Part shown: positions 31,629 through 41,749 of the stretch, piece after piece
How the letters are laid out: the number at the start of each line of letters is the position of its first letter
How positions within the stretch are numbered: the stretch's first letter is position 1
From: an uncultured Puniceicoccaceae bacterium
GTDB taxonomy: Bacteria > Verrucomicrobiota > Verrucomicrobiia > Opitutales > Oceanipulchritudinaceae
DNA length: 64,000 nt
NCBI GenBank assembly: GCA_963933835.1
Contig: CAWVVV010000002.1
Span: 96,001 to 160,000 of the forward strand
Direction: 5' to 3'
Translations under genes and position numbers: made by a program
The notes under the pieces: model-generated
What the model saw: the letters and a program-made list of their open reading frames with translations, nothing else
Databases searched by the model: none
Told to the model about the DNA's origin: nothing

Positions 31629-32635
31629 CGGGTGCGTTCCACGAAACCAGTTTTGCGGTAGACTTTTCCGAGCGTTTTGTATGCGCGCTTCTGAGCTGCC
31701 TCAGCACCGGCTTTGAGCACCTCATTCAAGTATGCCTTATCACCCGCGACTTCGGCGTAGCGTGCCTGAATTGGGGTGAGCATTTCCACAACTGCTTCAG
31801 CAACAGCCGCCTTGAAGGGACCATACTGCTGGCCCTCAAACTCTGTCTCCAAATCCTGGATACTTTTGCCCGTGGCTGCGCTCAGGATTCCGAGAAGGTT
31901 GGTCACTCCCGGTTTATCGGGCCCGGCACGCACTTCACTTCCAGAATCGGTCACTGCACTCTTGATCTTCTTCCGAATCACATCGGGCGGATCGAGGAGA
32001 AAGATCGATCCCTGCTGATTGGGGTCACTCTTCGACATCTTTCGCGTCGGCTCTTGAAGAGACATGACGCGCGCAGCGACCTTGGGGATGTAAACTTCTG
32101 GGACCTTGAAAGTATCGCTGTAAGTCGAGTTGAATTTCTGAGCAAGATCGCGGCAGAGCTCAACATGCTGCTTCTGGTCTTCACCGACGGGCACTCGGTC
32201 TGCATTGTAGAGGAGAATGTCTGCCGACATCAGAACGGGGTAAGTCAACAGTCCGCTGCCGATAAACCCCTTTGCCTGGCGCGAGGACTTATCCTTGAAC
32301 TGCGTCATGCGCTCAAGCTGTCCCAAAGGGCAAATACACCCAAGGATCCAGCCGAGCTCGGTGTGTCCTGTTACATGGCTTTGCGCAAAAAGGTGGCTGC
32401 GCTCCGGGTCGAGCCCACAAGCGATGTACATTGCGAGGGTCGCGTAGGTGCTCTTGCGCAGGTCTGCCGGCGTGTAGGGAACCGTGATCGAGTGCATGTC
32501 GACGATACCGAAGAAGCATTCGTAGTCGTCGATCATCGTCGCCCAATTCTTCAGTGCGCCAAAATAGTTGCCGAGGGTCAGGAGGCCCGAAGGTTGGGCA
32601 CAGGTCAGGATAACAGGCTTGGTCGTCTCACTCAT
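31625..32635 (-). CDS. trpS: Tryptophan--tRNA ligase
   Basis: 'QPSG.LTLGNYFGA', 'YPVLMSADIL', 'VPVGEDQKQH', 'KMSKS'; start at ATG 32635. Confidence 0.96.
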   Translation of the reverse strand: MSETTKPVILTCAQPSGLLTLGNYFGALKNWATMIDDYECFFGIVDMHSITVPYTPADLRKSTYATLAMYIACGLDPERSHLFAQSHVTGHTELGWILGCICPLGQLERMTQFKDKSSRQAKGFIGSGLLTYPVLMSADILLYNADRVPVGEDQKQHVELCRDLAQKFNSTYSDTFKVPEVYIPKVAARVMSLQEPTRKMSKSDPNQQGSIFLLDPPDVIRKKIKSAVTDSGSEVRAGPDKPGVTNLLGILSAATGKSIQDLETEFEGQQYGPFKAAVAEAVVEMLTPIQARYAEVAGDKAYLNEVLKAGAEAAQKRAYKTLGKVYRKTGFVERTR

Positions 32636-32760
32636 AGGATTTTTCAGGCTGAGAATGAGGTAGGGGTAGCAGCAGGAATCCGGCAAATGCTTTTTCCTGC
32701 GCCCATCCTGCAAAAGGATGGAAGCGTTGCTTTTTACCCTCGAACTGCTTCTCTGCTCAG

Positions 32761-33240
32761 ATGCTCCTTTACCTCCTTCGGCATGCTGAAGCCGCTGACA
32801 ACTATCCGGATGCAAAGCGCCCCCTCTCGCCGAAAGGGCGAGACGACACTGCCAGCCTCGGCAAGCTTTTGAAGCGCCAGGGCATCCCCCTTCCCAGCCT
32901 AGTGTGGTGCAGCCCTTATCTGCGTGCGCAAGAGACCGCCCAGATTTTAATCGAAGAAGCAGGTAGCGACTCCGAGATCGAAACACACACCGCTTTGACT
33001 CCAGAATGCTCTGCCGCAGACCTTCTCCCTGCCCTAGCGTCAGCCAACGAAGATCTACTCATCGTAGGGCACAATCCACACCTCTCTATCCTCGCGGGTT
33101 TGCTCATTGGTGGACCTGATGCGATTGTCCAATACCGTAAATGCACCCTAGCACGGTTCGAAAGGATCAGCTTCTATTCGCAAGTAACGCCAGCCCGCTG
33201 GGCACTGGACTGGTTCATCCCGCCGAAGCTTTTTCGGTAG
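32761..33240 (+). CDS. sixA: Phosphohistidine phosphatase SixA
   Basis: 'LLRHAEA', 'RPLS.KG', 'SPYLRAQETA', 'VGHNP'. Confidence 0.88.
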   Translation: MLLYLLRHAEAADNYPDAKRPLSPKGRDDTASLGKLLKRQGIPLPSLVWCSPYLRAQETAQILIEEAGSDSEIETHTALTPECSAADLLPALASANEDLLIVGHNPHLSILAGLLIGGPDAIVQYRKCTLARFERISFYSQVTPARWALDWFIPPKLFR

Positions 33241-33267
33241 CCGTATCGAGCCCGATAGGCCGCCGTA

Positions 33268-33843
33268 CTAGGCGCCGGTGGTTTCTTCTTCGGCCCAAGC
33301 ATCGTAGAGATATAGGGCGGTCAACATGAGCGCATGTGACATGCGACCATCACGGATCGCCGCCCGTAGCTCGCTGTCTTCCCACAAGCAGGACTCGATT
33401 TCCTCATGTTCGTCCCACTCGGGCGCTCCAAACAGCTCAATCGATCTAAAAAAGACAAAGCCACACGTATTGTCCTGCATCGCCGGATTCGGTGCCATGT
33501 TCCCGAGCAGGACAGGATCCTTCCCCGCGTATCCCGTCTCTTCACGGAACTCGCGCGTAGCAGCCTCAATCGGATCTTCACCGGCTTCGGCGCAACCCGA
33601 AGGGAATTCCCAACCAAACTCATTTCGCCCAAAACGGAACTGTCGGATAACCAACCAACGTCCATCAGGAACGCGTCCCATCGCCACCGCCCAATTCGTC
33701 GGCCGGATGACAAAAAAATCAGCAGACTTTCCGTTCGCTAGACGCTCGAAGTGTTGACGCTCGACACTGAAAACCCGGCAGTCAGCTACCTGCTCAGCTT
33801 CGAGCTTCTTCCAACCTCCATCGTTCTTCGTTTCTCCGGCCAT
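33268..33843 (-). CDS. NUDIX hydrolase (ADP-ribose pyrophosphatase-like)
   Basis: 'RQFRFG...WEFPSG', 'GEDPIEAATREFREETGY'. Confidence 0.9.
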   Translation of the reverse strand: MAGETKNDGGWKKLEAEQVADCRVFSVERQHFERLANGKSADFFVIRPTNWAVAMGRVPDGRWLVIRQFRFGRNEFGWEFPSGCAEAGEDPIEAATREFREETGYAGKDPVLLGNMAPNPAMQDNTCGFVFFRSIELFGAPEWDEHEEIESCLWEDSELRAAIRDGRMSHALMLTALYLYDAWAEEETTGA

Positions 33844-33870
33844 GTGTCGTTTGCCGTCGAACGTCAGATG

Positions 33871-34542
33871 CTAGTTTGCAGGGATGACAAGTTCGTCACC
33901 TGGCATCATACGGCGGGGTTCAACCGTTGGATTAGCAGCCATTAGATTTGTCAGCGAAACGCCATAGCGACGAGCGATGACGGCCATGAATTCACCCGGC
34001 TGGATGACATGAATCTGTGCGCCCTCAGGCAGACTGACCGTAGGCGTTGCAGCAGAAGATGAAGACGACGCGGGACGAGCTGCTGCTCCGCCGTCGACCC
34101 GAGCGATGAGCTGCTCGAGCTTGGTTGAGGCTTCGTTTAACTGCGTGCGATTTGCTTTCACCTCACTTGAAACAGAGTTGAAGGCTCCCTGCGTCTGAGC
34201 GTGCATCTCTTGAAGTTGTTTCGTGACATCTGCACCGGACTGGCGGCTGAGCTTCACGATCGAAGCCCCCATGTTGCCAAGGCGGCCTTCGATGTCGTCG
34301 ATGCTGGACTTGGTCTCAGCTTCGAGCGTTGAGAGGGCGTTCGCGGTAGGATCCGGCGATGCAGAGAGCTCAGCTTTATAGGTCTCAAGAGCACTTCCTG
34401 CCTTTAGTGCCATGTAAAGTCCCGCCAGCCCAATCAACAATCCAACGACTGCTATCACGAGGGCTACCGTGACTATCTTACTTGAACTGCTGCTGGAGTC
34501 TGCGCCTGCAAAACCGCTCGAATCGGTATCGAAATCTTCCAT
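33871..34542 (-). CDS. Membrane-anchored coiled-coil LysM protein
   Basis: TM helix, coiled coil, C-terminal LysM 'HVIQPGE...IARRYGVS...LMAANP'. Confidence 0.88.
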   Translation of the reverse strand: MEDFDTDSSGFAGADSSSSSSKIVTVALVIAVVGLLIGLAGLYMALKAGSALETYKAELSASPDPTANALSTLEAETKSSIDDIEGRLGNMGASIVKLSRQSGADVTKQLQEMHAQTQGAFNSVSSEVKANRTQLNEASTKLEQLIARVDGGAAARPASSSSSAATPTVSLPEGAQIHVIQPGEFMAVIARRYGVSLTNLMAANPTVEPRRMMPGDELVIPAN

Positions 34543-34661
34543 TTTGAAATCACGCTAGAGACCGGTCTCCTTTCGGCAAGGCTTTAGGCGAGAGCGGAAA
34601 ATCGAGCATTTCCGTTGACTTCCGAAATCCAATCAACTCTCTATCTCCCCCTTTGGTCAAT

Positions 34662-34738
<77 letters not shown>

Positions 34739-34867
34739 ATTTTCCCTCCACGGGGATTTCCCAAGAGCATAGGATCTCTCAATCTGAGACGCGCTCACAC
34801 GACTGGATGAGAACCTGCGGATGAAGCAGGTTTGACGCAGTGAGGCAGATCGCGGGAGCGGGAATCC

Positions 34868-36178
34868 TTAGAGGCCGGTGCTGGCGAGCGCTAGAATATC
34901 GTTATAGCGATCACTGCCATCGTATAGAATACGCCATTGCTCCATCGAAAAATCGCTGCTTGATCCGACCTCCTTGAGTGATTCATCAAAATGGAATTCA
35001 AAGTTGCCGGTCATGAGGATCGTATCCGCGATAACAGCTCCAAGCATTGTTCCACCGGAACCACTACCCTTCATCTCCATCGCTGCATAGGGCGCATAGA
35101 CGGCAGCTGACATCGCTCCATTTCCGCTCAGCTTGATCGTTTGGCTGCCATCATCCGGCGCCGTTGAATACACGATTACGTCAGCGGGCACCGCATTTGT
35201 ATTCACTATCCCGTTACCACCGATGTCCATATCGCCCGAGACATAGAGGTTAGGCTCGATCCGGGGGTAATGGTAATCTCGCCCATCACAGAGATGTCAC
35301 CGTTAACGATCATCGTGACATCACCCGAGATCGAATAATTTATCTGACTGGTCGAAGTGAGTGACGTTAATTCATATTCAGGACTCGCCAGCGTATGAGT
35401 TCCGTTGCTCGTCGGCACGACTGTAACCGGGGCACCCATCGCCGGTGCGCTTATGGGCGGAAACTCAGCATAGAAATCGGTCGAGACCCGGTTTGGGTCT
35501 ACACTCACCCCACCCGGCGTATCCGCTCCCGTCACACTGCCGTTATTGCCAACAAGAGGTGAACTCCCACCCGTCGCGACATAGCCATACACATCCGCAT
35601 TTTGAAGATTCACCGCGTCGACCGCGACATTCACGCTCGCTACCGATCCATTGTCGTTGCGGTTATTGGTCGCATGGTAAGCACCATCGCTGGATTTGTA
35701 ACTATCGACGGCGATCTTATTCCCGTTCATCCGAACACCATCACGTGTGGTTAAGCCATTGGCGAAGAGACCGCCGCTACTCAAATCGATTCGAATTTGA
35801 TTTGAAACCTCGGAACCCATCCGGTGCTGGATACGCGCATCGACGACAATAGTGGGGGCTTGCGGATCATTCGAAACGAATACATCGACCCAACGAGGTT
35901 CACCTCTCCACCCATGAGGCATGTTGCTGATCGTTTTCGAATAGCCAGCTGCTCCTACGGTCCCAACCAGTCCAATCATCGGTAGTGATCGCAAAGAGCG
36001 CATCCTCAGCCCCGACCTCAGCGACGTTGATCGCCTCCATGTTCATCCGAGCTCGGTGCGCCATCTTGTATTCTTGGCGAGCACTTTCCAGATACAAGCC
36101 AGCAATCGATCCGACGAGGATCGCAATGAGAAAACTGGCGATGAGCGCGGAGCCCTTTTTTTCGCTAAAATGTTTCAT
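34868..36178 (-). pseudogene. PilX-like large pilin-cassette protein split by two single-base indels (~35963 and ~35248)
   Basis: 'KKGSALIASF...AEVGAE' N-terminus, then 'VDSYKS', 'YAPYA', 'FHFDESL' across three frames; removing one G and adding one C restores one ORF. Confidence 0.75.
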
Positions 36179-36203
36179 TTTCTTTCTTTGGTCGACAGGT
36201 GTC

Positions 36204-36793
36204 TCAGGTAGAAATCGCTTGGTTGCTAACACGTTTGTTTCGCAACATGAAGCGGGCAGAAATAATATGATTACGATTTGTTTGGGCGAGGACGTTACGC
36301 AAAAGCTCAGCCTCCAGCTGAACATGCTTAATCTCGAGCGGAGCCGTCGTTGTAACGTGTCGAAGGGTGAAGTAGTCGAAAGCTAGGTAGTTGATATCGT
36401 TCAGCAGAACATTACTCACTGAACTACCGCCTGCTGGCGTTGATGTCACGGTTAAGGTCTTATTAGTACTACTGTAGACATAGGCATTTCGCGTCGTGCT
36501 ACCATCGCCCTCGATGCAATCAACCGTCAGGGTAGAGGAACTCGCAGAAACAACATCCGCAGCAGAGCGAATCTGACGGCCGATGAGCTGAAGAGCCACT
36601 CGGCTCTGGGTGTTCATCTCAGTGTAGTTGATCAGGCTCTCAGAGCCCTTCGCGAGGGCCATGATCGATCCAGTTGCGATACTCAACGCAACTGAGCCAA
36701 TGAGGACCGCAAACATCAATTCTGGGAGCGTAAAGCCTCCAGTCTTCCGTGATGAGGACTTTTTTGGATTACCCTTTTTCTATCGAATTTCAT
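36204..36793 (-). CDS. Prepilin-type N-terminal cleavage/methylation protein (PilW-like); leader frameshifted in an A-run
   Basis: 'GGFTLPELMFAV' lies just upstream of the called TTG; ATG 36793 overlapping the upstream stop (TAATG) is in frame if one A is added. Confidence 0.75.
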
Positions 36794-37281
36794 TAAAATG
36801 CCCTGTAGTAATAATCGTTGAGACCATCCTCTGTGAAACGCGTATAATAGCGCTCATAGGTCCAGTAATTCGAATGTGAAGGCCACCACCCGACATAGAT
36901 GAAGACACCTATTTGATCGAGCGTGCCGTCGTTGTTGTTGTCCTCTTGAAGGACCCCTCTCCACAGAGTATATCTATCGGCGTAAGCAACGGCGAACTGC
37001 CCCTGCAATTGTAGTAAAGTGAAATTAATGAACTGCGGATCACTCGGGTTCGTCAGATCAGATAAATCTGAAAAAGTCATCGTGCGAAGCGTCTCAATTT
37101 CACTTTGAATGATCTGCGAGATACGAGTGGAGTCCCGAGCGTCGGAAATCATGCGATTTCCTTGGATGAGAGCCGTGATACCGCCTCCCAATACTAGGGT
37201 AATCACGGTGATCGCGACCATCACCTCCATTAGGGTGAATCCACCCGACTTAGTGCCTTCTGGCTGATGCAAATTTAGCAT
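36793..37281 (-). CDS. Prepilin-type N-terminal cleavage/methylation protein (PilV-like)
   Basis: 'GGFTLMEVMVAITV' class III signal; C-terminal 'GLNDYYY'. Confidence 0.88.
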   Translation of the reverse strand: MLNLHQPEGTKSGGFTLMEVMVAITVITLVLGGGITALIQGNRMISDARDSTRISQIIQSEIETLRTMTFSDLSDLTNPSDPQFINFTLLQLQGQFAVAYADRYTLWRGVLQEDNNNDGTLDQIGVFIYVGWWPSHSNYWTYERYYTRFTEDGLNDYYYRAF

Positions 37282-37465
37282 TAGGAGCTTATATCGCCAA
37301 GCAGCCTTAGAACCTTTGCCTATGTCGCTCTAGGTCCGTAGCTTAACAATTCTTTCGCATAAAAGAGGCCCCCAGGCGGCATTGTCCTGACTATTTTACA
37401 GGAACTAAACAGATGGCGTCCTCGCACGGCCTGGCATAACTTATAACCTTTTAAGAAACCAAATC

Positions 37466-37849
37466 ATGGACGCATTTATTAACACGATTGAAGAATCAAA
37501 GGAATATTACTTCCCCGAGGGCTGCTACATCCTAGAATGCTTGCCCCACAAAAAGAACCCAGCGCTCAGCGTCGCTCGAGCCCGTGTAAAACCGGGTGTG
37601 CGCACCCGACTCCACTCCCTCGATGGCACCGCAGAGCACTACATCATCCAGAGTGGCGAAGGACGAATGTTTCTGGGCGACGACGAGGAGGGTCAGATGG
37701 TAGGGCCCAACGATGTCGTTGTAATTCCTCCCACCGTCGCGCAAGCGATCGAAAACACCGGAAAGGTCGATCTAGTCTTTCTGGCCGTCTGTACTCCTAG
37801 CTTCGAGCCCACCTGTTACATCGACCTCGAAGACTCGCGGGGGGAGTAG
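37466..37849 (+). CDS. Cupin domain protein
   Basis: 'TRLHSL...EHYIIQSGEG', 'IPP...IENTG...FLAVCTP'. Confidence 0.85.
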   Translation: MDAFINTIEESKEYYFPEGCYILECLPHKKNPALSVARARVKPGVRTRLHSLDGTAEHYIIQSGEGRMFLGDDEEGQMVGPNDVVVIPPTVAQAIENTGKVDLVFLAVCTPSFEPTCYIDLEDSRGE

Positions 37850-37926
37850 AAGGCGTCTGAATGATCGCAGCAAACGCTGACAATTTGCTGTTCAGAATCG
37901 TTTCAACGACGTAGGCTTTGGTTTAA

Positions 37927-38487
37927 ATGGAATTCATCGAGAACCTAGAGGAAGCGCTAGCCCCCGTCTGGCAGTTTTGTGTTCTATACTTCAGTAACCC
38001 GATCATCTGGTCGCTGATCGGACTCATTGTCTTGGTCATCGTTTGGTTTCGCTTCGCGCGAGCACGCAGGCCGATTGTACTCCAACGAAGCCAAGGAGGA
38101 AACCTCGAGATCGCACGCACGACCTTGCGGGGATTGATCATTGGTGCGTCCGAGCTGATCGAAGGCGTCGACCGAGCTACCTGTAAGTATGACCAAAAGG
38201 GGAGCAAACTGCGCGTCACGGTGGCTATTCACCTCGCGGGCCAAGCCCGTCTTCCGCTCGTCGAAGAAGAGCTGAAGAAGGCCATCCGAACGACGCTGCA
38301 ACAGCACGTCGGATATGAGCCGAGCAAGGTCACCCCGATTAACGTCCGAGTAACAAAGATTTCTGGCGATACGATCACGATCGAGCCGCCACGCGAAGAA
38401 GAAGTCCAAGCGAGTCTTCCCCGTTTTGATTCGGATGACAGCGAAGAGCTTCCTGAAGGCCAAGCGACGACAACGGAGCGCCTTTAG
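37927..38487 (+). CDS. Asp23/AmaP-like membrane-anchored protein
   Basis: TM helix, then 'GNLEIAR..L', 'INVRVTKI' pattern. Confidence 0.6.
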   Translation: MEFIENLEEALAPVWQFCVLYFSNPIIWSLIGLIVLVIVWFRFARARRPIVLQRSQGGNLEIARTTLRGLIIGASELIEGVDRATCKYDQKGSKLRVTVAIHLAGQARLPLVEEELKKAIRTTLQQHVGYEPSKVTPINVRVTKISGDTITIEPPREEEVQASLPRFDSDDSEELPEGQATTTERL

Positions 38488-38517
38488 CCCCTCCCAGACA
38501 GACACCTCCCTTCAAAG

Positions 38518-39168
38518 ATGCAGACATTCCATCTCCCCTCTGCCCGTCTGTACGGTATTCTGGACACAGGCTACGTAGATGCCTCCAGTTCCGCTTGGGA
38601 GAAGACCTGCGAGACGATGCTCGGGGCCGGGATAGATCTTCTTCAACTAAGAGCAAAAGGCTCCACGCGTGATGAGCGCCGCAAACTGCTTCATCGCATA
38701 CAGCCCCTCTTTGCAGGAAGTGATACCCCCCTCATCCTCAATGACGACCTCCTCCTCGCCTGTGAAGAGCCCGATGTTGGGCTTCACCTTGGCCAAGACG
38801 ACACCCCAGTAGAGGAAGCCCGCAAACAACTGGGGCCAGACAGGATCTTAGGACTCTCAACCCACTCCCCTGCTCAGGCGGCAGAAGCCATCGCCCACGC
38901 CGACCTAATCGACTACTTTGCGGTCGGCCCTGTCTTTGCGACACCGACAAAGCCTACCTACGAGCCCGTGGGTCTGGAACTGGTCAAACACGTTGCGAGC
39001 CTGCAACCACCCCTCCCCTGGTTTTGCATCGGAGGGATAAAACTGGGTAATGTCGCCGAGGTCTTAGAAGCCGGAGCGGCGGCCGTCGTAGTTGTCTCTG
39101 AAATCCTTCGAGCGGAGGAACCAGCAAGACTGATTCAGCGCTACCATCGGGCACTCAAAAAGGCCTAG
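38518..39168 (+). CDS. thiE: Thiamine phosphate synthase
   Basis: 'LQLRAK', 'ILND', 'LHLGQDD', 'GLSTH', 'GPVFATPTK', 'IGGI'. Confidence 0.95.
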   Translation: MQTFHLPSARLYGILDTGYVDASSSAWEKTCETMLGAGIDLLQLRAKGSTRDERRKLLHRIQPLFAGSDTPLILNDDLLLACEEPDVGLHLGQDDTPVEEARKQLGPDRILGLSTHSPAQAAEAIAHADLIDYFAVGPVFATPTKPTYEPVGLELVKHVASLQPPLPWFCIGGIKLGNVAEVLEAGAAAVVVVSEILRAEEPARLIQRYHRALKKA

Positions 39169-39181
39169 GGCCGCTGCCTTA

Positions 39182-40129
39182 TCATTGTCCGTAGACGGTC
39201 GTTTCAGGATGAAATGCCTGCCAAGCGAACCAGAAGCTTCTCACCGCAGGCAGCTCTTCGTTGGGATCTAATCTCACTGCCTTGAGAAGCTCAGCCTCTG
39301 AATCATAAACGATAGAAAGCGTAACACTGTTTACGGTGTCTGTAATCGTCGGATTATCTTCCACCGCCTGGAGTGGGTAGGTGCGAGCGACATCGTCGAT
39401 AACAACTCCATATACCCACGACTTGATTGGCAGATCTGGGCGAACCAATCTTTTGTCGTAGAAGAAAGGGGAATCGCTTGAGAAATAACCCGCGTATGGG
39501 TCTGAGTTATAGTTTCTCGAAAAACCGGTGTCGGTTGATAATACGACCCCGTTTGGGAATTTTTCTTTCCATGACGCATAGCGCATCTGAGCCGTAGGAA
39601 TCCATTCTAAGCCGGTCTTAAACATGGGCCCAGTCTGTGCCTGCAAGGCTAGTTGATTCCAAAGACTTTCGGTCTGATGATCATACATCAAAACATTATC
39701 CTGAAATAGAAGTCCAGAGACCCCGAAAGTCATCAGGCGCCCATTAATCATTCGATTGAATGCGAGGGCGCTACCGCAGAGCGGACAATAGGTGGCTGCA
39801 AAATGAACATCGCCGATCGAATCGTTAACAATCTCGTGCCAATTCATTATTCGAAAGGGATACGCTTTCGTCGCACCTTCATACGCCATACTTAAGACGA
39901 TGTCATCACTCGCCATGTAGGCATCTGCCTCAACTTGTGAGACAAATTTCGGATTCAGAATCGCAGGTATCCCATCCCGACCCGGTCCACCCGATTCGAT
40001 TTTAGTCGAGTCGACCTGCGAGAATATAAGCCGAAATCCATTTTCTCTCCGGACGCTCGGATGCTCATTGAAGGGGTACTCGATCTCTTCTTTGAGACTG
40101 AAATCCCAAAAACGCTTCCGCTGAATCAA
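39182..40129 (-). CDS. DUF3179-like protein, possibly 5'-truncated
   Basis: 'SGGPGRDGIPAI', 'WHEIVND', 'YCPLCGS', 'FGVSGLL', 'FWFAWQAFHPET'; TTG start with no signal peptide. Confidence 0.8.
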   Translation of the reverse strand: MIQRKRFWDFSLKEEIEYPFNEHPSVRRENGFRLIFSQVDSTKIESGGPGRDGIPAILNPKFVSQVEADAYMASDDIVLSMAYEGATKAYPFRIMNWHEIVNDSIGDVHFAATYCPLCGSALAFNRMINGRLMTFGVSGLLFQDNVLMYDHQTESLWNQLALQAQTGPMFKTGLEWIPTAQMRYASWKEKFPNGVVLSTDTGFSRNYNSDPYAGYFSSDSPFFYDKRLVRPDLPIKSWVYGVVIDDVARTYPLQAVEDNPTITDTVNSVTLSIVYDSEAELLKAVRLDPNEELPAVRSFWFAWQAFHPETTVYGQ

Positions 40130-40224
40130 ATATTCCCGACTAAAAGCAGAAATATCTCCACCGCATCAGGCTCCGGCTATGCGTGCCTTACGGCCTTCTT
40201 AAGAAAACCAAGGTCTAGTCGCCG

Positions 40225-41115
40225 CTAACTGCGCCAGAAGCTGACTTCGCCCCATTGGCCGTCGATTCGCTTCGTCACTTCAAAAGTCTGCGCCCAGCGC
40301 TTCTCAGCTTCTGTCTGGAAGTGCGCAGTCAACTCATCGAGCTCCTGGGCCAAAATACCACTCAGGATGAGGACGCCTTGAGTCTCCACGCTATCGAGCA
40401 GTGGGATCGAAAACTCGATCAGGACAGGTGCTAGAATATTGGCAAAGACGACATCCGCCTTGCGGTCGGCCAAACCCTTAACGAGGTCGGCCTCTTGGAA
40501 ATCGATTCCATTCGGCACTTCACAAAGAGCAGCGTTTTCAACCGCGATTTTGACCGAGTCCTGATCATTATCGAAAGCATAGGCTTCACCCCGGAACCCC
40601 GCCTTTCGTGCCGCGATCGCAAGAATTCCCGAGCCACAGCCAGCATCAACCACCGACTTATTTCTAAGCGTATCGGCTCCCCATCGATCACGAACATCGA
40701 GCAAGCGATGGATACACAGGCGGGTCGTTTCGTGGTTGCCCGTTCCGAACGCCATGCCCGGATCGAGCAGGATGATCTCTTCGCCCGCCGGAAGCTCGTA
40801 GCTCTCGCGTTCCCACTCAGGAACAAAATGCAGGCCTCGGTCCGACCACGCTTTAAAGTGTAGCTTGTAAGCATCCTTCCAATCACGGTCAGCCAATTCC
40901 TTGCCCACTGGCTCTGCATTTAAGGCAGGAAATTCTCCGCGAAGGCCCGCTAACTGTGCCGCAGCTTCCGTCTCATCGGCGAAGTAGCCCCGAAGCTCGT
41001 GCGTCTTTAGCTTCTCATTTTCAAAGAGCATCCAGAACTCTTGATACTCCTCGCAAAAGAAAGCTTCTAAAGCATCTGCCCCTGCAGAGCTGATGGGTAG
41101 GTTGAGCTGATACAT
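40225..41115 (-). CDS. prmA: 50S ribosomal protein L11 methyltransferase
   Basis: 'DPGMAFGTGNHETT', 'DAGCGSGILAI', 'ANIL', 'LSGIL'; start at ATG 41115. Confidence 0.93.
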   Translation of the reverse strand: MYQLNLPISSAGADALEAFFCEEYQEFWMLFENEKLKTHELRGYFADETEAAAQLAGLRGEFPALNAEPVGKELADRDWKDAYKLHFKAWSDRGLHFVPEWERESYELPAGEEIILLDPGMAFGTGNHETTRLCIHRLLDVRDRWGADTLRNKSVVDAGCGSGILAIAARKAGFRGEAYAFDNDQDSVKIAVENAALCEVPNGIDFQEADLVKGLADRKADVVFANILAPVLIEFSIPLLDSVETQGVLILSGILAQELDELTAHFQTEAEKRWAQTFEVTKRIDGQWGEVSFWRS

Positions 41116-41119
41116 TGTA

Positions 41120-41695
41120 TTAGAGTTCTTCTGCAAGGCGACGGACAACCGCAGGCAGGAGTCGGTGCTCGGCCGCATGCATTCTTTCCGCCAGTGAATC
41201 TTCTGTATCCGATTCTTCAATACGGACGACTTCTTGATCAATGATCGGTCCGCCATCGAGTTCACCCGTCACATAATGAACGGTGCACCCAGTTACTTTG
41301 ACCCCATACCGAAAGGCCTGCCCGATCCCGTCGAGACCTTTGAAGCTGGGCAGAAGACTTGGGTGAAGGTTGATGATCTGCTTTGGGAACGCGTCCAAAA
41401 AGCCCGCTTTCAAAACCCGCATAAAACCAGCGAGAACAATCAAGTCCGTTCCCGTTGCTCGGATAGCTGCAACATAACGATCTTCTGCCGCCGCATCCAA
41501 CTTTGTCTTAAATGGCCCGGAATCAATCGATTCCGCTGGCACCCCAAACGTCGCTCCGAGTTCAAGAATCCGAGCGTCAGGCTTATCCGAAAAGATTCCA
41601 ACGGGCTCCGCTCCTCCCAGAGCACCTGACTTCCACGCTTTCAAAAGCGTCTCAGCATTCGAGCCCCGTCCCGATCCTAGAATGACAAAACGCAT
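41120..41695 (-). CDS. purN: Phosphoribosylglycinamide formyltransferase
   Basis: 'GSGRGSN', 'LAGFMRVL', 'INLHPSLLP', 'GCTVH', 'LDGGPII'. Confidence 0.96.
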   Translation of the reverse strand: MRFVILGSGRGSNAETLLKAWKSGALGGAEPVGIFSDKPDARILELGATFGVPAESIDSGPFKTKLDAAAEDRYVAAIRATGTDLIVLAGFMRVLKAGFLDAFPKQIINLHPSLLPSFKGLDGIGQAFRYGVKVTGCTVHYVTGELDGGPIIDQEVVRIEESDTEDSLAERMHAAEHRLLPAVVRRLAEEL

Positions 41696-41749
41696 AAGAA
41701 GTATTTGGTTAACTTAAGATTTCTACTACAGGCCGCCGCCTCGCGTGGC

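Noticed and set aside
31607..32872. 421-aa ORF antisense to trpS
   Set aside because: Shadow ORF expected from GC-rich codon bias; no motifs; similar antisense ORFs overlay carB and ftsK
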